A stretch of DNA of 58,760 bases, the filler included, from Circinaria calcarea (taxonomy: Eukaryota), in assembly GCA_051942165.1 (NCBI GenBank). It is 9 parts of 9 records of this genome, joined end to end, with 100 filler letters (N's around TTAATTAATTAA, not from the genome) between each part and the next. Parts side by side here need not be neighbours in the genome. Positions count along the whole stretch, not along the records: positions 1 to 6,452 come from JAVECS010001583.1; positions 6,553 to 13,002 come from JAVECS010001584.1; 7 more parts are not named here. One strand, written 5' to 3'. Below the pieces are notes generated by a model, which was given only the letters and a program-made list of their open reading frames with translations, was not told the origin of the DNA and made no database searches. This document shows positions 1 to 9,800 of the stretch, one piece after another (position 1 is the stretch's first letter; the number at the start of each line of letters is the position of its first letter). The translations under genes were made by a program, and so were the position numbers.

Positions 1-1105
1 GGTAGAGCTGTTTTGAAAGGGGAAGAGAGAGAGACGGTATTAGATTGTTGAGTTGAAGGGTTGGAGGTAGTGGATGGAGGACCGCGTTTTTTGGAAGGTG
101 ATGGGAGACCGGATATGACAGGAGGTGGGAGGTCAAGTCCCTCGGCCGCTTTGCGGGAAAGTTGGCGGGCGAAGTCGGAGGCGTGCCACCATTCCAGAAA
201 TTTGAGCGCGAAGATGGAGGTGGGGAGGAGAATCTTGAGGCTGGAGAGGAGGCGAGGAAGGATCGCTGTGGCAAACGTGCGAGCGTTGAAGATGCTGGAG
301 GTTTGCGGGAGGCCAGCGCGGGAGTTGGTGGATGGAGTAACAGGTCGTGATGCGAGAGCAATGGCACGATGGTCGGCTTCTCCTAGGCGTCGAATCCGTG
401 TCCCGATAAGGTAGAGGAACGGGGAGGAGTATGGGGTGTTGGAAAAGAGGTATACAAGGTTGAAAGTAAGGAGGGAGAAGTAGTAGGCTGCGTTTATGCT
501 CGGATAAATGGTTCGGAGGAACCACTTGTAATAATGTAGGATTCTCTGGCGGATTGTAGGATTCAGAGGGAGATTATCGCGATTATAGCTTGGGCCGAGG
601 ATTATTGTTTGTGGTACATGGATATCGTAGCTCTCATCGAGCTTGCGTTTGATATAGGGCAAACCAACCATGACGGCTAGGTTCTTCCAGACGTCTTGCG
701 ATCGAAGCTTCAAGGTCTCGCGCATGAGATCCGGAACGGCGACCCGGGCTCGAGGGGCGTCACCACTTTCTGTCCGCAGCACCCGCTCCCTTTTGAGGCC
801 ATAGAAGTTCTCGGTGAAACCCCCACCATACGTCAGCAGGTAATGCCGTTCCACAACCAGCATGAGCAGGGCATATATCTCATCGAAAGAATTGAGGACG
901 CGTAAAAGGTATCGAGGATGACGATGGGTGGCAAGTGCCAGGAGATAACGCAAAGAAGGTGGGATGAGGGAGGAAAGCTGCTGCTCGGAGAGAAGTTCTG
1001 GATACGATCAGCTATACTCTCGATAGAACAGGAGTGACATTCCAGACCAAAGAGAGACGGCTTGTGGTCATCAATTCCGCTCTGTAAGGTCGACATGAAC
1101 TCCAT
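1..1105 (-). CDS. PEX12: Peroxisome assembly protein Pex12 (RING peroxin), 3'-truncated at contig edge; exons 1105-1048, 997-<1
   Basis: Manual translation after removing a 50-nt GT..CAG intron (1047-998) gives [115 protein letters not shown], typical fungal Pex12. Frame is open to base 1; the C-terminal RING is outside the window. Missed by the ORF track. Confidence 0.92.
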
Positions 1106-1394
1106 TGTTTGGAAAGTGAGCACCACGCTCTAAAGATCGTTCTGCTACCAAAGAGCAAAACACGTCTACGAGGACCGAGGCCGTAGGTATGGCGTGCATA
1201 AATCGACTCTCGGGTGATCGTCGCTTAGTGCCCGACCCATGCTTTCCCCAGATTCCGCGCCTAAGCTGCTTGCGTCATTTAAGCGTGTTTCAAAAGTGTG
1301 CGCTCGGGTGTTTTATCAACGGCCCGTTGATTATTCAAGAATCATCGGAACTCTACTCAGGAACTTCTTCACATAATCTACACTATCCTGAGTC

Positions 1395-2286
1395 ATGACA
1401 GATACCACGATGGCACCGTCGGATCCCTGTAGGGACCCGGATGTTCCCACCAGCAGAAAGTCTTTCGTACCTTTAGGTAATGGGTTACCGCCACTGAACA
1501 GGGTAGATTCAAACTAACTCTCTTATAGAAAATAACCCAGAAGTCATGTCCGAACTTTTACACCGCTTGGGACTCTCGAAATCAGTCGGTTTCCATGACG
1601 TATATAGTATCGATGACCCAGACCTCCTTGCTTTCGTCCCGAGGCCAGCATATGCTTTGCTTCTTGTTTTCCCAGTTAGCGATACATATGAAAGGTTCAG
1701 GCAGTCCGAGGATCAAGAAAAGACGGAGTATGAGGGCTCAGGCCCAGAAGAGCCGGTGATGTGGTTCAAGCAGACTATAAGAAACGCATGTGGACTGATG
1801 GGGTTACTACACGGCGTCAGCAATGGACCCGTAAAGGAATTCATCGGTATAATACGGGTTAATCTTACCAGAGTAACAGTTAAGCTGACTGTTCATCCTC
1901 CAGCCCCTAATTCCGAACTCTCGGAATTCTTGCAGCAGGCGACGCCTCTCAAACCAGTCGCGCGAGCGAATTTGCTATATGATTCTCATGCATTCGAGTC
2001 GGCTCATCAATCTGCTGCTGCGAAAGGGGATTCGGCTGCACCCGCAGCTGAAGAGAATGTCGATCTGCACTATGTATGCTTCGTCAAGTCCTTGGACGAC
2101 AATCTATGGGAGTTGGACGGGCGAAGAAAGGGACCTCTAAAACGTGGTAGATTGGGACCAGAAGAAGACGTCTTAAGCGAGAAAGCCTTATCACTAGGCG
2201 TCAAGAGCTTCCTGAAAAGGGAGGAGGAGGCTGGAGGAGGGGAACTGAGATTTAGCCTCATTGCGCTGGCTCAAAGCTTTGAATGA
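1395..2286 (+). CDS. YUH1: Ubiquitin carboxyl-terminal hydrolase (peptidase C12, UCH-L3/Yuh1 type); exons 1395-1476, 1529-1846, 1904-2286
   Basis: F(V)PLENNPEVM across intron 1; catalytic motifs QTIRNACG, LHYVCFV and ELDGRRKGP; C-terminal FSLIAL; canonical GT-AG introns with CTAAC/CTGAC branch sites. Confidence 0.92.
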
Positions 2287-5200
2287 GCGTAACCATGATC
2301 GAAAATCTATTCATGACGTAACGAAAAGCATCACAGACAGATCGATACCCCGGATACTGCGAAGGCAGATCCACATTGTATACGAAGGAACGGGTTACTG
2401 GGAGGGATTGGTTCGATTGAGAGACTATGGCTGTTGATACTTACTTCCTAACTGTTTATTCAACAGACATTTGTATGCTACCAATGAAACTCGCTTTTGG
2501 GCCGAAGATAACGGAAAAGTTCGTCATGTACAGCCAGACATGGATTGAGGTGGCCCGTTGACTGATATTAAGTCTATCAAAGTTTATCAGTGAAGCTACC
2601 ATGATCGAGAGTGCTCCTAATCGAAGGCTGCCCTCTGTGCCTCCTTGGTCAGATATACGCTAATTAACTCTTAGGGCTCACGTCTTCTTCCACATGAATC
2701 AAAGACCGGCATGTATTGCAGGCCATGGCCGTGGAATAGTAGGGATATAGCAGGTAAGTTCTGCATTCATTACTTCATTAATAGTGTGTATATGCATGTC
2801 TCGCAGATCATCCTATCAAATTTACATGGAAGACAGAGCTGCGATGCGAACATGCAGCAAAATATGACATATGCAAAAACGTGTCTCTTTTCCTCTTACT
2901 ACTTCCTCGAACAGCTGCTATGGTCTAATTTTGCACTGTGTTGAAGATGCTGAGTCTGCAAGGGATCATCCCTACCACCTCTACCAACTGTTGGCCTCCG
3001 AGGTCGTCATTTCCAACCAGTCTGGCCGTTTAATCGCCAGCCTGACGAAACGCGAAGCCGCACAGCAAGCGTGGGCAAGACGTGCTTCTTACCTTAAGCG
3101 GCGGCGAGAACATTGAGACTCAAGAGTACATCATTATTGGCGGCGCTCAAAGTAGAAAGCACGTCTTCTCTTCGCTTTCCACCCCCCTCACCATCCGCTC
3201 GAGCCAGCCGAGAGCAGCCACTCCACCCAGTTCAACTGCGCCCCACCCTTTCACCTCCTTCCACCCTATCAACGAGTATAATCGAAGCTCTTCCTCTTCC
3301 AGCGTACTCAGAGCAGCGGAGGCGCAGAGCACGGAGAGAATGAAGTATTACATGTTGAAAGGATTAGAGAAGATCAATAAAAGCGTGATCGTAACATGTT
3401 CGATTGATCGAGGCATTTATACTGATTGCTACCTATGGTAGCACCATACCGTCTAGGGATAATCAATTGATGGCCCGTTTCCCCGGAACAAACTGCGTTT
3501 TCAACCACCCTAGCAAAGTCAACTTTCCACCGGCGGTCTCTGCGGAGATTGTAACAGATTTTTTTCCCTCGGACTGGTAAGGGTTGTCATCGACAGCCAC
3601 TAAGAACGGCTTTAGTCGGAGAGAGAGATAGCACGCCGAGTCCGAGCCAACCTGTCAATTGCTGGATAGACGCTCGCAACGCGGTAGCTGATCCAAAGAA
3701 AGATATACCCAATCGGAATTGAAACCGCATTCCAGCACAACATTTACCTCATGGCGACTCCCGGCTCTACCATGTATACTGATTGTAAGGTAAAAGTCCA
3801 TACGGATCGACCTTAGCGCTGATCAGGAAAGTTGGAACATTCCTTCTTGCCAATCGGAAGCTGCAAACCTTATACCACCGGTCGATTCGAGCTGTCGAGG
3901 AATCTTGTAACCATGTAAATATCACATACTCCACTCCTTTGCTAGCACGTGGATACCCGCAGCTTATATGCATGCAATCACTAGCGTGCTACACCACCAC
4001 GAAGATCTCAAGCAACGTTTCCACGTTTCAATCTCGAGGTGTTGTTTGCTGCGATAATTATCAGGGCAGACCAATATTCTGCATATGTCCCTGGATATCT
4101 ACAATGGCTGATTACCCGACGGAAACGGGTCGATCTATCAGACCGGTGCTCTATTCCACATAAGCATTTCGCTCATCAAGGTTGTTATCTCATATATTCC
4201 GAGAGATGTTTTCGACATATCATTATCTACTGCATAGCAGTTACTGGAACAGACAGCGTCTATCTTGCATTACGCTGAAACTACTCGCTTTCTTATCTAT
4301 TTAATAGGATAAGGCGATAATGCTTTCCCACAATACAACCCGTTATCTTCTTTGTTCTTAAGGGAATATCTCAGTGGATAGCCTTCGAGACCGCGAGGGA
4401 AAAGGCCACCGAACATTCTATCTGATATTGAAAAACTGCCACTTTGCCAACAGCACAATGGTTTCTGAAAAGGGTTGTATCTTACTTTCCACGTTTCTTT
4501 CTATCCGCAATGGAGCCATTTCTCCAAACGTATCATCGACCACGCCGGATTGGAATGGACAACAAAGTCTAGAAATCCCAAGCAACGGGCTGTACGAATC
4601 ATTATGCACGCAGGATCTGTATAAATTCTATAACAAAAAGCGCTTACGCGCAAGATTTAAGTGGGATAGGACTCGGAGATTTCAACTTGGACGATAGAAT
4701 GCCGCATGATCAAAGGGAACAATACTCGGCCATAACGTAGCTTCGTACCTTTAATCAAAAAACAAATACGGCGATGAAGATTGGCGTGGGATCAATATTG
4801 CAAGCTCATCCGCCCTCGATATATTATATTGACCCTTCAAAGCATCTGCCCGCCCCCTGGCCCCTTCTCCTTTATCGACGGCATCTGTTAGCAAGTTTAG
4901 TTTGAGAGAGATGTAAGGATGTCATAAAGTAGCGGGTCGGTATCAACGCTCCTTTGGACTTCTTGAACAGGTGTAGGTAGCCGTTATGCTCATTATTCCT
5001 TGTCGAAGCATTAGGATCTTGCGGGTTTTGACGTACCTAGAGCTTCGACAGAGACCAATTGCTGCATGAAAGCTTCAAAGACAGAAGCGCTGAGAAAGGG
5101 AAGAAGCCGCATGAAAAGGAACTCACAAGACAAGAGGAAAATAGTAGCCCCAGAGTGGGAGCATGCAGTGGTAAATGTCTCATATGTCTCCTCACTAATC

Positions 5201-5313
5201 CAAGTCCTTTCCACTACATACAGAAAATGTACACGAACCCACCGCATACCTCCCAGTACTCCCCGGGTATCAAAACTCCCACCTTCCTACCACCACCCAC
5301 CAATCCTAACAAA

Positions 5314-6452
5314 TCAAACCAGGAATATCGGAATCTCACTAACGCTCGTTCGCCTGCTCTTCCCTTCTCGTTCCTCCTCTGCCGTTTTTACATTCAGGTT
5401 GGCTAATCTCCTCATCTTTCGCTTCGCAAAGGTTTCTTGTAACGGGGTTGGTCGCGGAAGGCCGTCGTAGAAGTCAAGGTCGTGAAGGGGCTTAGGCGGT
5501 TTCAAAATACTCCTTTTGAAAGGCTGGATCGAAGCTGGGTCGGATTTGGTGGAGAATTTAGGAAGAGGGTGGAGATTGGTTGTCAGAAGGGCCGAGGGTT
5601 CGGGAAGGGTAGGCAGAGGAATGTTTGTTGTCGTCGGTATTTTGGGGTTCGGTGGCCCCTTTTTGGTGATGGGACGACTGTTGTTCTCCTGCATAGTATT
5701 CTGAGTTGACGCTCTGCTGGAATTTGTGGTTTGATGCTTCTTGCGAATGACAGGAGCGTCAAGATCGTCGTCGTCTTCAGAAGTGGTAACATCACCTTGA
5801 TCATTGACAGGATCCGGTGGTACTGACGACTTTTCTATCGTAGTCCCAGCTTTGAAAGAGGCTACATCGTAAGCCCTAGCGCCCTGAGACGACCGGACTT
5901 CGGCCTTTGAATATCCTGCCGCCGCCCTGGTGCTTGATCTGACGCCTTCAATCCCTGTTAATGAGGTTTGATTCCTGCTTGAACTTGTCATCAAGCCTTG
6001 CAAGGTCGTCCCTGCCCATGGATCATTGTCATTCGCAACCTCCGGTTCGGACTCGTCCTCACTTTCCGTCCTTGGTCGCCCAGCTTGCGCTCTAATTTGG
6101 TCTAATGCTTTTCTTTGCTTCATAGTTTTGGCCTCAGCTTCTTTCTTCTTCCGTGTCTCCGCCCGCATGGTGGTAATTGAGTCAGTGGGTCGTGATATAG
6201 TGCTGATGGCTGAAGCATTCTTATCTTTTGCTCGGTTCTTCATGCGTACATACTCGGCATGGTGGAGGTGCTGTGTGAAGGATCGAGCTACGGCTTGAAA
6301 TTCGTCCTCGACCATGATATAGATATCGTCATGGTTGAGGCCTTCGTACATAAATCTAAGACGGGTTCAGTATGAGTGCCAGGAGCTAGCGTGCTCTTGG
6401 ACAGACTCTTCAGTAGGAGGCGCAGGGGGCGGCGAGGTTGAAGGCGTACGAT
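5314..6452 (-). CDS. Conserved fungal hypothetical protein, 5'-truncated; exons >6452-6407, 6355-5314
   Basis: 345-aa ORF extended upstream across a 51-nt intron (6406-6356) to RTPSTSPPPAPPTEE-FMYEGLNHDDIYIMVEDEFQAVARSFTQHLHHAEY. Recalled as a conserved Pezizomycotina unknown; ends EIPIFLV. Confidence 0.75.
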
Positions 6453-6552
6453 NNNNNNNNNNNNNNNNNNNNNNNNNNNNNNNNNNNNNNNNNNNNTTAA
6501 TTAATTAANNNNNNNNNNNNNNNNNNNNNNNNNNNNNNNNNNNNNNNNNNNN
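6453..6552. other. Artificial contig-joining spacer
   Basis: 44 N + TTAATTAATTAA (stops in all six frames) + 44 N. Confidence 0.98.
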
Positions 6553-6792
6553 GTCATCGATATTATCTATTTTATTATGTATTTCATCGTGTTTCTTAGC
6601 GCAAAATCGATTTCGAAAATCTCGATAAATAGGTCCCGACCTATTTATGCCAAGGCACTAAATTTGGGTGTATTGGCGAAATCGATTTTGAAAATCAAAA
6701 TTGCGTTGCCGAACGCTCACTTGGCAGATTTTCAGGGTCCAAAATCGATTTTCGAAATCGATTTCGAAAATCAGGTGTTGCCGAACAGGCCC
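6553..6792. mobile_element. DNA transposon/MITE terminus, PIF/Harbinger-like (one end only)
   Basis: Ends GTTGCCGAACAGGCCC followed by TTA (reverse: TAA-GGGCCTGTTCGGCAAC). Repeated subterminal AAATCGATTT(T)CGAAAATC motifs, a second GTTGCCGAAC at ~6705, and an 11-bp perfect hairpin at 6625-6648. Lies at a contig break. Confidence 0.6.
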
Positions 6793-6869
6793 TTATACTT
6801 TGTGTTCGCATATCATCAAGGGCTTAAGATTGTCTATGCCACGTTCTTAGTTAAATCCTATTCCTCAAT

Positions 6870-9800
6870 ATGGATACAACACCTTCCGAGGCGGGAGCAA
6901 GGCGCGTCCAGGACAGTGGAGATCGGCCATCGAAACGAATCAAAAATGTGGATTCTCCGTTTATGACGGAGTCACCAGCTCCTGCAAAGAGATTGCGCAT
7001 CGCTGATGATATCGTTCAAATGTTCAAAGACCAAGACGAGTTCATCAGGGCGGAAGAAAGGAAGGAACAAGACGAGTTCATCAGGGCGGAAGAAAGGAAG
7101 GCAGAGGTGCTGGAGTGGCTGCTCAAGAATGAAGCTCCGATTGAGGCACCCCATATGGCTCCTGTTAGTGAAAGTCGACTCTCGACGGGCGGGGTAACTG
7201 AACCTACACTTGTCGAGTCATGGACCGAACAAGGTGGACCACCTCTACCCATTCTGACTCCTGGAGAAGGAGATAATGGGATTTATTTCAGACCAACAAA
7301 GGAAGAGGGGGAGGTTAATGCTATATATGACGAACCGAGCAGGGACCCCGTCCTAAATGATTTAACTCCCGGTGACGACTTTATCATTCCGAATATAGAG
7401 GGATTCAAGACTCATATTCAATGTCTCAACCCAGGGCTTGCCCCGTTTCTCGTTGAGCGAATGGCTAGGCATCAAGACAGTCGCTATAAAAAGCTTTTGA
7501 ACGCTAAGATTATGCACATAAAAGACACCAAATCGGGCCAGTGCGAATCCAAGGGGTTCTGCTTTGCCCTTGGCGGAAGTGTGGAGACGCCAATTCAACG
7601 GAAAATCGAGGATTCTACTAGCAAATTGACCACAGCGGATTTCATGACGAGCACATATCATAACTCGGATGGAGGTGATGCTCGTGAAGGTGTTATTACT
7701 CCCGCACAATTCCCACCCGGTCTCCCTCTACCCCCTGTTCATCGTCTACCAGCGGCATTCGAATGTCCTCTCTGCTTTAGGGTCAAGGAGATATGCAAGC
7801 CTTCAGATTGGTTGAAACATGTATATGAAGATTTAATGCCTTTTACTTGCACGTTTCCAGATTGCTCAGAGTCCAAGGCATACAAACGTAAGGCTGACTG
7901 GGTACGCCATGAAAACGAACGTCACAGACAGCTAGAATGGTGGACCTGTAATATCGCCATTCCTGATATCGCCATTCCTGGGGACAACACTGGGCGTAAA
8001 TGTGGGCACAAATGCTTTAGAAGGGACAATTTCATTCAGCACCTCGTTCGCGAGCATAAACTTCCAGAATCTCGGGCAATAAGACCGCTATCATCATTGG
8101 CACGATTACATACTGCCAACAAGGAGTCTAATATACAGGCAGAGGAGGAGAGCACCATCTTCGTAGATGAAATAACTAAGCTACTAGCAACCTGTCGAGA
8201 GCGTACATCCAACAAACCACAAAACGAGCCATGTAAGTTTTGCGGAAATGTCTGCCACAGTTGGAAGCAGCTTGCAGTACATCATGCGACGCATATGCAG
8301 CAAATCAGTACTCCAATCCTAAAACTCGTAAGACAGAAGGATGTAACCGTTGAAGACCTTGAGATCTTTGAAGAGTCCCGGCAGTATACAAGCTTGCTAT
8401 TACCTACGGAAGCAGAACCAAACCAAGATATCAGAAATCCAGCTTCATTTTATCCACTTTGGTCCAGCTTCGTCCAGCCAGACCCGCTGGCCCCGCTGGC
8501 TGCTTCCGATTATCCTACGCCAGATATAAAGCCAAACGTAGCATTTGGTTTCTCCGCAGAATCTCTCTCTTTTGACCCCAGACTAAGCAAAGACTTTAGC
8601 TACCACGACCGCACACAGATCTCCCGTACAGTTCAGGCTTCTGCTTGGCGCGATAATCTCCAACATTCTAACCTAGACATGGATGTTATGTCTGTTGCTT
8701 CGGTAGGGACATTTAATGACAGTGGCTTTTACTCAGGAAATCACTCATCTACTGGATCAACTTCGTCACTACAAGGGATTCCTCGTGCAGCACAGCAAGA
8801 AGTCTTACTGATACTTGCTTCCGACGGTGTGCTCCAACAGTTGTTTGCCGAAGCCATCAGAAAAGTATCCCGTCAACGTTTCATCCGCAATATTAAACGC
8901 CTAATCAAGACGTATTGTTTGGACCTACAGGAAGAGGCACAGGATTCTCGAGAAGTAGATGCAACCGCTATGCTTGGAAGACATGCACAATGGTTTGCGA
9001 ATAGGCTATTTGACGCATCGGATCCAGAAATGACATCACGCCAGAAGGGTATGGATAGCTTGAAAAGTCAAGAAGTGGACAAGTTATATATGATCGAAAA
9101 CCATTATGAGAGAGCTTTTCCTCGTCCGGTGACCCCCATTACGTACTTTGACGATCACAACTACGATACTGAAAGCGATGATAGTACTGGAAGCCGAAGT
9201 ACTTTCAATGAAGATGCGGAGCAAGGTGTTATTAATTATTCACAATTCCCCAATTTGGAGCATATTAGAAAGTTTTTAATGACAGGAATACCCTTTCAGA
9301 ATCTGCGTTATAATGTCTGTCAGTTTGTCTGGCCGGAAAAAAATGAAAAACGAACCCAGGAGCCTGCTTCATTTACCAGGCCGGAAAAAAGTGGGAAATA
9401 TGCGCAGGAACTAACCTCCAACGCCGCAATAGCGAAGTTTTGTAGGATGGCTGACGATATTTCTTCTTGCTCTAAAGAAGCGACAGAGGGGGGTTCTCGA
9501 AGGTCAAGCTGCTCTAATACTAAACTGCCGGTAAAGGGGTTGCGGGATTCTTTGGAGGATAAACTCGATTCTGGTATAATCATATCAAACACAAGGCCAC
9601 CAGGACTAATGGAAACTGAAGAAGAAATGGACTTCGTTCAGTTGATAGATAAGGTGAAAACAATTGAACCAATCTTGCAAAATATTCCAAAGCATTCTAC
9701 AACAATAAAAAGTAACTTTGCAGAGAGCCTCGTTTTGGATGAAGAATTAGATCAAGCCGCAATTTATAGTCAATCCGATCTGCTTCAGGCGACCACCCCC

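Noticed and set aside
1847..1903. 57-nt in-frame stretch translated by the ORF track as part of the UCH
   Set aside because: Has GT donor, CTGAC branch and CAG acceptor, so it is most likely an ordinary intron.
2871..3441. Overlapping short ORFs with basic, Pro-rich sequence that could be a frameshifted gene
   Set aside because: No recognisable motif or convincing splice model.
3500..5000. Gene-sized gap with several short ORFs
   Set aside because: None resembles a known protein; treated as intergenic or unrecognisably decayed.
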